Shown here in pieces: positions 1-12,810 of a stretch of 64,000 bases of DNA (within the stretch, counting starts at the first letter, position 1; every line of letters begins with the position of its first letter). Origin of the DNA: Dipteris shenzhenensis. Its lineage: Eukaryota. The position numbers were made by a program, and so were the translations under genes. The notes under the pieces were generated by a model. The model was not told the DNA's origin. It worked only from the letters and a program-made list of their open reading frames with translations, and ran no database searches. Location: assembly GCA_047967505.1 (NCBI GenBank), contig CM106538.1; one strand, 5' to 3'.

Positions 1-41
1 ATGTGTTTGAATGTCTGATGTTTATCACTTGGGGCCGGATG

Positions 42-385
42 TGTTGGGATAAGTATGATCAAGGGCTTGCTCTATGGTGCATGTGTGCATCTAGGGGAGT
101 CACATGTGTGTTTGTGTGTGTTGTAAAGGCACATCAAGTGCTATGATGTGTCTAGTGTGTGACCTAAGTGATGATGTAAGACAAAGGCAATCCACTAATG
201 TAGGGATTGATTCCCACTGATCTAGGGGCTGATTGCCACTTATGTAGGGAAGGTTATACCTTCTCCCCCTTTCTATAAGAGAGAAACCTCTCTCTCACAA
301 TCATAATAGAGAACTACCATCTTTCTTTCATTGTGCTCTCACACCTCTTGCAAGATGCATCTATTCTATCCTACGAGATCCTACA
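42..385 (+). repeat. 5' LTR of Copia element 1
   Basis: TG...CA ends, TATA-like CTATAAGA near 273, PBS 2 nt downstream. No partner LTR in the window. Confidence 0.7.
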
Positions 386-1968
386 CTTGGTATCAGAGCT
401 TTAGGTTCTAGATCTAGCCTAGCCTAGCATTAGATGCTATCTCAAGCATAAACTACAAGTTTCTTCATCTTCTCCATTTTCCTCCTTCTTCCCAAAATCT
501 TTGAGAGCTGTGTTCTCTGCCTACAAACAACCATTTGAGCTACAAACTCCTCACATATGGGCAAAATTCCATCTGCAAGCATTTGGTGAAATTTTGTCTA
601 TATGCGCAATGCCAACACTCACACTCCTCGATGAACATTCGTGCAATTTTGCCTCTGTACCTACCTATCTGCAAATTCCTTTGAGCCCATGCTGGATGAC
701 ACTGAGGGCAAGCTGCTGCTGAAATCTGATCTCATTTGGACAATAGATGGGAAAATGACAAAAAACTAGTCGGTCTTCTCAAGCTTGGCTATGGCAACCT
801 GATGCAACATTGCACCTCTCCTTGCTGGTAGCCCTTCTCTGGTATAAGGCCCTTCTTCCTGCATAAAAATCCCCTTGAATAGAGCTATGAGTTGTGAGAA
901 TTGCACCCTCCAAGTTCTGGTCTCTGTTTTGGACAATTTCGACAATGTTGTGAGTTTGATGCTACAGTAGATGCTACTTTAGCATTTTTGATGTTTTAAA
1001 GTGTTGAATAGCATCAGTACAACTGTGGCTACAACTTTACTTAAAGCTATTATACTTGGATTTGCTTGGAATACTTTCATTTAGCCACCTCTATGAAGCA
1101 TGCAAGTGAAAGCATCATTGATTTGTAGTATGGAATTTGGTTACAAGTCTTTGCTACTCTAAATGCTTGTATTTTGAAGCTCTTCAACTGTTTCTAGCCT
1201 TGTAAGAGAGTAGACACTGCCCATTTTAGACCCTCTCATGGCTACCATCTTGAATATGGATAAGTTCAATGGTAAAGGCTTTCACACATGGCAGATGAAG
1301 GTTAAGTTCAAAGCATTAATGAGGGAAAACCTCTGGGGGCTTGTCAAACCTGCTTCAACTACTTCTTCAACAGCCTCTAATGCTGGAGAATCCTTAGCTC
1401 CGACACATTTGGTAAGAGATCCTGCTAGAGAGGAGAAAGCCTATGGCATCATTGCTCTTGGCTTAGGAGATGACTATATTCATCACATTTCTAATTTAGA
1501 GTCTCCTTCTGAAGCTTAGCAGAAGCTTGACATTATTTTTGGTGCTAGCTCTCACATCTCAAAATTGTCACCGAATTAAAGATGGCTAGTGGCACTCCTT
1601 TGGCTGCCCATGTCAATTATATGCGGAGTCTCATGACTCAACTTGCTTCTATCAACTCTCCAATCACTATAGATGATGCAATGAAAGTGTTGCTCAAAAG
1701 TATGCCTGAAGATTATGATCATGTTGTTACCACTTTGAAAAATCTTCCTAATCCTACTCTTGAAGGTCTTATTACTGCTCTTCAAGAAGAAGAAAGGCAC
1801 ATGGAACTCCGGAGAGGCAAAGACATAGCCTATGCCATAAAAACTCAAAAGGGGAAGTTTTCACCTTGCAAACATTGCGGGAAGACTAATCACCTCTCAA
1901 AAGATTGCTTCAAGATCAATCCTTGCAAACATTGTGGCAAAAACAATCGCCATGAAAAGTATTGTGCA
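42..1968 (+). mobile_element. Ty1/Copia LTR retrotransposon, 5' part only (LTR, PBS, leader, gag)
   Basis: LTR TGTTGG(42)...CTACA(385), then PBS TGGTATCAGAGC at 388-399 (tRNA-iMet). Gag remnant follows and ends abruptly at about 1968 against CACTA-derived sequence. The LTR start is inferred from the break in homology with the repeat at 25841-25873. Confidence 0.85.
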
Positions 1969-1971
1969 TGA
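1238..1971 (+). pseudogene. gag: Copia gag (UBN2-type) with two zinc knuckles, disrupted
   Basis: DKFNGKGFHTWQMK N-terminal motif; LLKSMPEDYDHVVTTL; CKHCGKTNHLSKDC plus a second degenerate knuckle CKHCGKNNRHEKYC. Stop at 1517-1519 and a frameshift. Confidence 0.88.
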
Positions 1972-3765
1972 GCATATGCTCATATGCTTATACATAAACA
2001 TAAGCATATGCTTTCTCTCTTTTTCTCTTATGCATATGCTTTCTCTCTTTTTTTATTATGCATATTTGGTTCTTTTCCCCTTTTCTTTCTCTTCTTTTCC
2101 CCTCTCCTTCTCTTATGCTTCTCCTTCTCTTTTGCTTCTCTTATGCTTCTCTTATGCTTCTTCTTCTCTTGTGCATATGCTTTTCCTCATATGCTTTCCG
2201 CTTCTTACCTGCTATTGTTTTTTGTTTTTTGTTTTTGTCTTTGTGTCTACATTTGTCCAATCCCCCCAAATTAGACATGGGATCATGTCGCATGTCCGAG
2301 GAGTATGAAAACCCTCATAGGAGCAGACATCATGATCTCTATTCTCCAGAGGACTTTGATTCAACTTAGGCGACACCTCAGGGGCCTACCCCTGCGAGTT
2401 ACCCTTGGCCCGACTACTCTCAGACGTAGCACTGTGACTACCTCTCAGGGAACTCCTTTGCTAATAGCCCATGGCTTTGAGAGTCCCGATGAGTTTGTCG
2501 CACAGATGACCAATGCGGAGGCAGTGAGATTCTTCTCTTTACTATCCCATAGGACCTCAGCAAATCCCTCTCCTACACCGATGGCTGGACCTACTGTCCA
2601 ACCATCCCCTCTAGCCCCTTTGACTAAGAGGTCATCACTTGGGCATGCCCATCGTAAGGGAAGGAAGAGTAGAAGGGGTTGCTTATGTTGTGCTGACTCA
2701 GGAGATGTAGACGAGTCAACACACTCACATCGCTACAAGTCTCCACATGGTCCTGAGACCCAGTACTAATCAGGTCTCTTGCTCTCTCGTACTCCCACTA
2801 TTGCTACTCGCTCCGGAAGTGCTTGCAGTAACACCACTCGATCTGACTCTGCCACTACCATGAGTCCTCCTTACCCAGTCGAGGACCTATTATATGAAAT
2901 TACGGTTGCTAGAGAGATAATAGAAAATAAAAAGGGCGCAAGAGTGATGGCCACCATGAAGCAGTTGATGAGACACCACTTCAAGAGCGGCATAGCTACT
3001 GACTGGTGGTACCAAGATGAGGGATAGAAGTAGGCAGTCATCGATGAATTGAAAAGACAATACCCTAACCCTCCAAATTGAGAGTTCAATTCGGATTACA
3101 TGAAAGAGTGCATGGGGGTCCTCTTGAAGCATCATAGGTCAACCTTGCGTACTTCCATCGCAAAGGGGAAGGCTAAACCCAGCTGGGCAGACAAAGCTGA
3201 TCTAGAAGCAGTATAGGGACCATCCCGAAATGTTCGAGGGTCAGAGGAGTGCTGCGAGGAGATGGCTAGACTCCATAGGTACTTCGCACTTGGTGCAGGT
3301 GGACGGTTGGCTTTCATGGCTACCACAGTAAGTCTACTTCTTCTCATTTAATGTATTGTTCTATTTATTTTACTACATATTGCATGCACTTTATTTAACT
3401 CTCATAAATTGGGCCCACAGCAAGCTACGATGGGTCACCTTCCTATAGACATAGAGACGAGATGTGTGTTTTGTGTAGGAACAAAGCCGTGGTTTATTGA
3501 GTAGGAGGCACTCGAAGCGACGGTCGACTGGGCTGAGGTGGCTGTTCGCATGGTATAAGTCTACTCCTACTTGTAATCTCACTTTTTAAATTGTTTTATT
3601 CTTTAAATTCCACTCTAATTTCCAATTAATATGGTTTCACTCTTAGAATCAAAGCTCAAACATCCTATCAATGGAGGTGAGTAGCAGTGATGATGAGGGA
3701 TTAGGCTTACATGGCTTCGATGAGGGCCAAGGATCAGGCGTAGCTCACGAGGGCCAGGGATCAGG
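1966..3765 (+). pseudogene. Degenerate fragment of the CACTA family A accessory (TnpA-like) gene
   Basis: Collinear with about 21700-23650: HDLYSPEDFDS, CCADSGDVDES, HFKSGI, YPNPPN, same intron positions. Many stops and frameshifts. Confidence 0.85.
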
Positions 3766-4005
3766 GCATTGTTATGTCAATAGATCAATACTAGCAGGTG
3801 GTTATAAGATGGCGGCCACTCTTTGTGCACCATTGCCTCTATACCGTGGCATTGTCTTATTAACATCTCCCATGAAGCGCCATAACATCCTCGCTGGTGA
3901 GCCTCAAAATTCTTGATGGCAGATATCACATTTCCAATGATTTCTTGCTATTATTGTAATGTAGTTGCGTGCTGCTGTTGAACCTCCATTCCTCTCTAGA
4001 GCCAT
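3766..4005 (-). pseudogene. BED zinc-finger gene fragment (truncated copy of 30540-30993)
   Basis: Minus strand reads WKCDICHQEF*GSPARMLWRFMGD; aligns with 30751-30993. Confidence 0.65.
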
Positions 4006-4112
4006 TTCATAATGTCAAATTAAGGTGTTCAGTTAATTTAATTGCTTTCATAATCATCAAAAATAATTTATTCCTTTGAAATTCATTTTCAACCAAACTT
4101 CCAACATGTGAG

Positions 4113-4374
4113 TACTCCATGCAAGCTTGCTAGACCTTTTGAGAGAGAAATCATAGAACTGTCTTGCCCCCTCCCGACGTGGTTCGATGATTATAAATGT
4201 GGTAATCTACCTGTTAAAACAGGCGTGGTATGGCAAGTCGCCTTTTCCCATGTCCTTGTCTCTCTTGAGTAAGCATCTATCTACACTATGATCATCTGCA
4301 ACATCATGCTCTATTGACGAATGTTGGTATTTTGTACACACTAGTGCAGCAGCTAGCATCACTTACACAAGTAC
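4113..4374. repeat. ~260 bp dispersed direct repeat (other copies 7102-7363, ~24445-24690, 31101-31342, 34092-34353)
   Basis: TACTCCATGCAAGCTTGCTAGACC...GTAAGCATCTATCT...GCTAGCATCACTTACACAAGTAC occurs on both sides of each hAT transposase. Confidence 0.9.
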
Positions 4375-4737
4375 ATCAAGGTTGCAAGCAATTGGATATT
4401 GAAGTAAAACAATTGTAATACCATCTAAATACTGTAGCAATACTTAAATTGGTATGATATATCCATCAACAAAATTGATGACGTCAATGCATGTTAATTT
4501 TATTTTAAACAGAACGTGAGCACGATTCTAATATCATCTAAATGCTATAGCATAATTTCCAATTGATATGATGCCAATTAATAAAATTGATGTGGATGCC
4601 AAACAAAAAAATGCTTTAGCATAAATTCCACATGCTATGATGTCAATCAACCAAATTGATATGATGTCAATCAATTAGCATAATATTTAATAAGTCAAAA
4701 TGTAAGCATGATCAACAGTGTATATAGTATTTCAAGC

Positions 4738-6919
4738 CTAGGAATGATTGCTCATGAGTGACCACAAAGTTTCCTTTTCCTCATCCTCCTCATTGCTAGA
4801 GCTTGCTTTGGCTACTGCTGTGACTTGCAATTGTCCAACATTGGGAGGATCATGCAATGGACCTGGGAGATCACAATGTACCCACTTGGCTAAATCTCCA
4901 TCATTGCTCTCTCCCTTAACATCATCCAAAACTCTACCATTTGCATAAACATATACCAATTTCTCTACTCTTTCTGTCTTCAAGCAATTTCTTGTGACTA
5001 AATTAATGAACAAACTTGTAATTACTCCAATTTCATTCACTTAACGAATTGCTACAAGGTTGCGATAGCACTTTCAATGCCAACATTTGCAAATGAGGTG
5101 TCGAAGCTCCACACTCTTCCCACCATCTCCATCCAGGCATCTCCTTTGCAAGGTCTTGTATTCTTGTATATGCAAACAAACCTTCCCTATTTCAAAAAGT
5201 GGATAATTCCTTGACAGCAACAGCATATTCAGATCCATCCTCAAAAAATCATCCCAAGAGATTATGCCAAGGCTGCATTACGAGTTCCAATGTTTCTAGA
5301 CAATACTCCCACCATTGGGGATCTTTAATATGGCCAGCATAATGGAGGTCATTGTGAGCATGATTCCATCGCTTTTGAAACATCTTTTGCAAAGCGGCAC
5401 GATGAACGGAGCTGTAGCCAACGTTGTCACTTGTGCATCTTCTATTTTCTTTTAAGAGGTCTTGCTCGATAGTCCACCACACCATGTAAGCATTGCCCAA
5501 ACTTGGACCTTTCACGTCTAATTTCCAAATGGCAAACCATACCGACCTCATTGCATCAGCCGCATTAGCTATTCTCCCGCTATTCTCTTCCAAAAACTAG
5601 CAATGTGAGCCATTTGCTTCATCTTTGTGAATTCAGTGTGAGCCATTTCTGTGGTTAACTTAGCTATCCACTCGCTAGCTTCTACATTGGATAATGTCTC
5701 TGTTACTACTCCTTGTAGCTTGCGCAAATGGTCCAACATTATATAGTTTGTTCCAAAACATGTTTTGCTAGGTTTCAAAAACTCTAGTGGATGTTCTGCA
5801 AGTTGGTGGTTTCTGAATATGCCCAACAATCTCTCATGGTTGAGAAAGTATAACACCAATCCTTTTCCTTCATCTACAGTGGCTTTGAACCACGTAGTTT
5901 TCGTTGATTTATACCAATCCTCAAGCACAAGGTCAAGGAAATGGCAAGAGCACGGCGATGCCCAAATGGTAGGATATTTTTTATTTATAATTTTTCTAGC
6001 TTTCCTATAGTTCTTCGCATTGTCGATGATTATCTAAACAACATTATGATCCCCAACATCTAGGATTGGAGCCTCCAATTGTTTAGTAATGTATTCACCT
6101 ATCTTGGATGTCCCACTTGTGTCGATGGATTGACAAAAAGCCTCCCCCTTAAATTTCACTACCATGATATTGATAAGAGGCCTCTTAGTGACATTTTTCC
6201 ATCCATCACTAACAATGGTACATCCCATTCACTCAATACCATCGTATACTACTTGCTCCATCGCTAGTTTCATCCTCTCATAGTATGCATCTAAGTAGTT
6301 GTTGCGAGCAGCATTGTAACTGGGCAACGTAAAGCCTGGACCCGCCTTTGCTACGGATGCCATAGCTCTCTTCCAATGTGGGTTTTGAACCATGCTTAGT
6401 GGGTAACCAGTGCGACAGATGGCCTTGTTGGGCTTTCTCTATATGTTGTTGTCTAAATGACTCTTCCAAAGATCTTTGATGTGGACGTGCATGCAATTGC
6501 GAGTGAGAAATGTCACTACATTGTCCACTATCCATATACTTCATAGAGCAACTTGCCATCTATGTGAATGAGGCCACACCACTACTTTGAGGTGGCACAT
6601 CTAGAGATTGACTAGCTGAAGCTATGAGTAAATCATCAGGCATATGTTCTTAAGGCTGGTGACATGCGACTATATGATCTACTTGGTTGTCCGTACTTTT
6701 AGGCATTTGACTGCCTAGAGTGGCTATAACTCTCTCAACTCCTAGTCCCTTGAATTTTCCAATCTGTTTGTTCCTATCACCCAAGAAGTGCTTTTGCATT
6801 CTTGTGCTAGAGCCTGAGTACTCTTCATGACAAAAGTTGCAATTCCACTTCTTGTTAGGAAAAATCATAACATAATTGCGAGCCTTTGTTGGATTCCTTC
6901 CTCGTTTTTTGGGAGCCAT
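4738..6919 (-). pseudogene. hAT transposase (BED finger, DUF659/RNase H-like core, C-terminal dimerisation domain), disrupted
   Basis: WNCNFCHEEYSGSSTRMQKHFLG (BED); GCTIVSDGWKNVTKRPLINIM; PCSCHFLDL; KPSKTCFGTNYIML; KRWNHAHNDLHYAGH; RNCLKTERVEKLVYVYANGR. Multiple stops and frameshifts. Confidence 0.9.
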
Positions 6920-8116
6920 GCTTTCAATAAAGGCTATAAGAGAAACATACAAAAACTTAATAATTTCTATGTATATTCACATTAGTAATCATGTTCTGGA
7001 TACTACCATATCATTGAGGATCTATGCACATCACATTCTCTTGAATCATTTGCAGTTCTATGTCCAAAATCGATGTGGCTATTTGAAATACTGACTTAGA
7101 ATACTCCATGCAAGCTTGGTAGACCTCAAGAGAGAGAAATCATCGAACTGTGTTGTCCCCTCCCGACATAATTGGATGATTGTAAACGTGGTAGTCTACC
7201 TCTTAAGATAGGCATGGGACGGCAAATTGTGTTTTCCCAAGTTCCACCCTCTTTCAAGTAAGCATCTATCTACACCATGATCATCTGCAAGATCATGCTC
7301 TATTGATGAATGTCGGTATTTTACACACACTAGTGCAGTAGCTAGCATCACTTACACAAGTACTTATAAATAATTTGACTACTACTTTCTAAGCTATGAG
7401 AAATTGTTTTACTACTACTTTCTAAGCTGGGAGAAATTGTTAACCTAATATCCTCAGTCCTCAATATTGTTTTTTTCTATGTATACTGTACTATGGGGTT
7501 TCAATTCTAATAAAATCTACAAAATAAAATGGATGTAATATATTCATACTTGATTTGTTTCACCTAATAATCTATAAAACATAAGGATAGTGAACCTATG
7601 TATATCACTATCTTTCCACACATATGCCACATAATTTTGCGAGTTGCTATGAGCCAACAATTGCAAGCTCCACAATTGGCTAGACTGATGCAAACGATTG
7701 ACATAAGCGAGCCCGCAACCAGCTCAAAATCAAATATTTTCCCATCACTCTTAAATACTAGTTTGTAGAGCTTCAGTAATATATAGTATGAATTTTAACC
7801 ACATACGAGATGTTCTAGGTTGGCCTCAGAGAACCTCCATCCGGCATGTGGTATAACATTATTGATCAATGAATGAGTTGTTACAGGTCGGCTTAAGTGA
7901 ACCTCCAACCACAACCCATTGACTTTTTCTTTAGGTATAGTTATAAGCTATAGTTACATGCTTATAAATAAATACATATGCTAAAATTAAGAAAATCATA
8001 CACACAAACATAAACTATTCCAAAAGTAAATCATTTTATTCACTATGTCTACTCTACCATTTTCCTAAATTTTGCTAGTATTTATGTACTATATTTCATG
8101 CATCTAGAATGAAATC

Positions 8117-8482
8117 ATAAGTTATGAAACAAAACTAAAATTACAAGCCATGCAACTACCTAGTCCTAAGTGATAAGTCATGCCAAAGAGTTTATAATCT
8201 AGACAAGTAACAACTTCTATACTTCATGCATAAAGTCAAAATCACCTATTTTTTCAACGCTAAGTACAATGTCACATGCAACTACCTTACTCTTCATCTA
8301 TAAGTTATGAAACTAAACTAAAATTCCAAGCCATGAAACTACCTAGGCCTAAGTGACAAGTCATTCCAAAGAGTTTCCAATCTAGACAAGTAATAACTTA
8401 TATACTTCATGCATAAAATCAAAATCATCTATTTTTGCAAAGCTAAGTACAATGTCACATGCAACTAACTTACTCTTCACCT
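8117..8482. repeat. ~183 bp tandem duplication
   Basis: Two copies of ATAAGTTATGAAAC...ACTCTTCA(T/C)CT; the paralog at about 35098-35280 has only one. Confidence 0.85.
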
Positions 8483-8739
8483 AATAGTATGTGTAATGCA
8501 ATTGCTAATTTTCCAATTAGGATCTAACTGCGACTGGACTCCGACCAGCCAAAGTGAGCCCACCATGGGCACTAGATACTTTTTCATACTTGAAGGACTA
8601 ACAAAACTTACAAAATTCTTTGTAGCTTTGTGTATCCTCTTTCTTATGCTTCTTGTCTTTTCAAAGACTCCACAGTATCCTAGGAATCTCGGATTTTGTG
8701 AATAGTACAAGTGCGACGCAGGTATATATAACATTAACG

Positions 8740-8940
8740 AGATCAGTCGGTGTCTCTAAACACTGGTCGGTGTTGCTAATTATACCGGTCGGTATCAAGA
8801 AACACCGGTCGGTGTAGATGTATACCGGTCGGTAAAATTGTATACCAATCGATATATTCTAAGCTGGTTGATATTATAAGATATCGATCGGTATGGTATG
8901 AAGATACCGGCCAGTGTATAAGTATACTAGCTTGAGCCAG
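8740..8940. repeat. Array of near-palindromic ACCGGTCGGT motifs
   Basis: About 9 degenerate copies at roughly 20 bp spacing; a similar array lies at 25115-25420. Confidence 0.8.
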
Positions 8941-10075
8941 TTACGAATAAAAATCGCTACTGGGGCATTTTAAAACACCCCAAAGCAACTTTAAAAATAT
9001 TTTAAACGTTTTAATACAGCATTTTAAAACTAACGTTCTAATACCGCCGCAAATCCCTGAGGACGCATGGTAAGAACACACACAAACATGCACACACGTG
9101 CGCATGCGCACACAGACACACACATATCTCTTTTCTCAAGCATGCACACACACACTCATCTCATCTCAATTTTGAAACACACCACCCCTCCCTTCTCCTA
9201 TTCCCCTTTTCTTTCTTAGTTTTATTAAAAGCTTTAACATCATGGCCTTCCACTATTCCCATCGCCAGCTCCCTACCACAAACTCCACTCATCACTCCAC
9301 CCTTCAATGCTCCACCACCACTCCTCCCACCACCACCACCACCCCTCGCATCACCTCCACCCCTCCCACCAACACAACCACCCTTTCTTTTGGAGGCTGG
9401 CCCATCTAATTAATATTGGAATCCCCCCGATGAAAACGTGTATTGTTGTACCAACCATTTGTTCATACTCTTTCCTCTTTGGATAGAAAGCTTGTCTTGG
9501 CTCTACTCTCATACCAACCATGTGTTCGTACTCTTCGGATATAAAGCTTGTCTTGGCTCTTATCACTAAATTACTTACATAACTTTAAAAAGCAAATGCA
9601 ACTATAGCTTCCTACAAGACATTACAAAAGTTTCTTTCTCTGCAACCAATATCAAAGAGATTGAAATTTTTTATAGGAATAGTCGAGGCACATATCTAGT
9701 GCAAAACACTGAAAACTTAAAAAATGACAAAAGCAAGGGGAATACAGAGAACAAATCTAGGCCATTGGATTATCTAATTATGGAATCAGTAAGTTAGAGA
9801 TTAGCATGTGGCTCAATGGGAGCTCAATGTGAGTGTGTGAAAAGAGTTTTTTTCCGGGTTGCCTTGGCTGGTAGCTTCATTGGTATGTTTGTCCTATGTC
9901 TCACGGTAGACAAGCCTTGTGGTTTGAGTTTAAAAAAGGAAAAAGGTTTTGTATTTGCATTTTATAGTTCGGTCGGCCTGAGTCTACCCGCACGACGGCC
10001 GACTAGACTCATCTCCGATCCATAAAAAGCTCGCGGCCTGCTTCATTGGTGATCTTTGCTCTCCAATCTTGCACA

Positions 10076-10648
10076 ATGGCAATGAGCAATATCTGCGTCA
10101 TCTGCATTTTCCTCCTCCTTTCGCCATGCGTTTTGAACGTCATCGCTCCAAACAGCGGCAATCGTAAGCTTATGCAGGACTCTTCCTCTACTGTACTCGA
10201 TCCTTTTGGATGTTTCTCTTCCAGACTGAAGAAAATAGCAGCGATGTTAGTAGTAAGACTTAGGCTCCTCTAGAAGCTCTCAACTTCGTCTAGGATGATT
10301 TAAAAGCACAGTAATACTTTCTGCTTGTAGCTTTCATGGTAACACCTCCTCTTCGTGTGTGATGCTGCAGAGTCGTGTACGGTTTTGGATATCGGGGCCA
10401 GTTTCCAAGTAGCTGACGGCGCTTGCAATCTCAGTTTCTACAACGGGTGCCAATGGTGCACCGCGTACAACATCGCTTACAACTGCGGTGCAATAGACCC
10501 GGATATAAGACAAGTAGGTACCATCGACTGCTTAGTCAACGATGGCTTGCCTCTCAAATATGGGGAGTCCGCGGGAACAACCGAGACGTCGTGTGACCAT
10601 CCCAACCTGCTGGAGGTCGTTTCGGTAGCTTATAAGGATTGTGTATGA
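10076..10648 (+). CDS. TPD1-like: TAPETUM DETERMINANT 1 (TPD1)-like small secreted cysteine-rich protein; exons 10076-10163 and 10371-10648, 121 aa
   Basis: Hydrophobic signal-peptide-like N-terminus. GTAAGC donor at 10164 and TGCAG acceptor at 10370 are both phase 1. Mature part has SCTVLDI...NGCQWC...NCG...DCLVNDGLPL, matching the TPD1-family DCLVNxGxPL motif. No internal stops; CATAAAAA about 55 bp upstream. Confidence 0.75.
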
Positions 10649-11337
10649 TAACGATGCTAGTCCATGGTTTTGTCGGCAGGTTATTCTAGACCACGAATGG
10701 ATAACCTTAATGAATAAGGATACTCTTTGTTTAGCTCAGTATAGCTAAAGATTTTGTTCTCGAAAATTTTTGTCATATAATCTGAGAAGCAGATTCCAAA
10801 CTGAAACACGTCGACTGTATCTGCTTTCTAGATTGCTTAGCAATAGTTGCAGATAGCGTACGTATGGAATTGTCTTGTGCGTGCTGCATGGCTAGTTGTA
10901 GACCATCCTTATATTTGAGCAAAAAATATTGTTCTTGGGAAATGTTGACCTTGAAATGGCTCAGCTTCCAAGCTTCTAATAGTTTTCAGTCGCGTGTTCT
11001 ACATTTGTTATTTCGTCTTTGTTGCAGTCATTTGCACAAAGTGCATTGTCCCTCACCCGAATTACGGTCCTATTAAGTTGTGGGAAATTGCAAGACGACT
11101 TGCATACGTTCTTGTTTAAATTCAAACTTTTTGGCCTGCACTTTAGGGTAGGTCTTAGTAATGGTTTCATCTTTTCAAAAGAGAATTATTTTTCATGATC
11201 TTTTCATGGTATCCATCTTGGAAAACTATCTTTGGGGCCTCAATAATTGGGGCAATAATGGGCCACTCCTATTTTGGGGCACCTTCTCTCTTTCTCTTCT
11301 CTCTCTTTGAGCTTCTTCCCTCACCTCCTTCCACCAC

Positions 11338-11347
<10 letters not shown>

Positions 11348-11375
<28 letters not shown>
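11348..11375. repeat. (CT)n microsatellite
   Basis: Direct reading; preceded by a C-run. Confidence 0.9.
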
Positions 11376-11379
<4 letters not shown>

Positions 11380-11510
11380 GAGCTTCTTACCTCACCTCCT
11401 TCTACTCCACCATCCCTCCCTGGCCTCGCCTTCATTCGCTCTTTGCCTCCCCATTTGTTTTCGGCAAGCCTTTTGAATAGTATTCACCTTGTTTTCTTTT
11501 TTATTACATC

Positions 11511-11700
11511 CTCGGGCAGGTCACTTAATATAATATGACTATATCACGTGCTTTCAAGGCTCCTTTTCTAAATCCCTATGTAAACTATTCTTAGCATTTC
11601 CTTTCACCACCTCTGTAAATTTTTCTAAATTTTATAAATCGCATTATGTAAATATATATTTATCTAGGAAGCATTTTAAAATTCCTTATCTGAGAGATAC
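11511..11700. mobile_element. Degenerate one-ended relative of the MITE at 55211-55457
   Basis: CTCGGGCAGGTCACT...TATATCACGTGCTTTCAAGGC...AAATCCCT matches the MITE left arm; right TIR not found. Confidence 0.6.
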
Positions 11701-12155
11701 ATTACTACTTTTGGAGTCACTTTGGAGAAAATATGAGACATCTAGAATGTAAGATATCTACATCATGTGCATTATTTCAATCTATACATAAAAAAGTAAG
11801 GTATTGGCTACAACATTAGGAAACATGCAAGCTCAGGCTTGGTTTTGACACTTGGCAATGCCACAAGACTAAGATAAACAAAGAATAAATAGACAAAGCA
11901 TGTGTGCTAAAAGTAAGAGAAACAAAGACGAAACAAGACAAATCATGTATGCCATATACAAAGACTAAGGAAATGTGTTAGGTCACTTGAAATATGCAAA
12001 GAGCTCATGCAAGCTTAACAAAACAACATATATAGAAATATTGCATCAAAGATTGGGAACTTCTATAAATTCAATATATCTTTCAAATTGTGACAGAACC
12101 ATATGGTCCCAATCCTCTATAAGTTAATCAATATATCCTTCAAATTATGATAAAA

Positions 12156-12810
12156 CACAACACCACAATGCATCCATAGACATGCACATAGACGCGTTTT
12201 CTTAATTTTAAAAAGAAGTTACGGGCGCATCTTTTTGCATGTCTATTAGTGCATCCATAGATCCGCATGTATAGGTGTGCCTATATAACAAATAGATGCA
12301 CCTATAGACGTGCCTATAAACGCGCTATTAGACGCTCTATAGAAAATTTAAAAAAATAGAAAGATGCACTAATAGATGCTCTGCATAGTATTTTTTTTTA
12401 AAAGGATGATTCTGTGTGGTTGAACAGAATGTTGTATATATTGTGTGGTTGCAGGAATCCCATTTCTACAGTGTACAATTCAACTCTTATAGCCAATCGT
12501 ATTTTAATTAGCACGATTCCATGCACGTCTATAGCTGACGATTACAATTTCGAATAAAACATTAAAAACTCCAAAACGTTTAGTTCACAAGGCATTCATT
12601 GATAGAACATGGAATTCCTCCCATCGATCAACTGATGGCAAGTGGAGAACTCCCGCAGACACACCTGCGTGGAAGCATATTGAAGACACATGGCCAAGCT
12701 TCAAGAAAGAATCTAGGAACTTGAGACTTGGATTGGGTGTGGATGGTGTGAGCCCATTTGGTCTCAAAAGCACCTCTTACAGTGTATGGCTAGTGGTATT
12801 GGTGAACTTT
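12156..12810 (+). mobile_element. Rearranged CACTA family B fragment (terminus, subterminal repeats, transposase piece)
   Basis: Starts CACAACACCAC, followed by ATAGACGC repeats. 12400-12510 is the reverse complement of about 63785-63900. 12600-12810 encodes WNSSHRSTDGKWRTPADTPAWKHIEDTWPSF...DGVSPFG. Confidence 0.8.

Larger units (their letters stand above)
3766..8510 (-). mobile_element. hAT-family module, copy 1 (termini not identified)
   Basis: Collinear with 30751-35306 over about 4.6 kb; contains the transposase pseudogene. Confidence 0.8.

Noticed and set aside
1934-2369. Hydrophobic ORFs resembling membrane proteins
   Set aside because: Pyrimidine-rich intron sequence of the CACTA accessory gene.
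4113-7363. 260 bp direct repeats as LTRs
   Set aside because: No TG...CA ends, PBS, PPT or TSD, and they enclose a DNA transposase.
9242-9420. Pro-rich reading frame after the ACCGGTCGGT array
   Set aside because: Short, low-complexity and frameshifted; cannot be assigned.
10864-11476. Short ORFs downstream of the TPD1-like gene
   Set aside because: No motifs; overlap a CT microsatellite and probable 3' flank.
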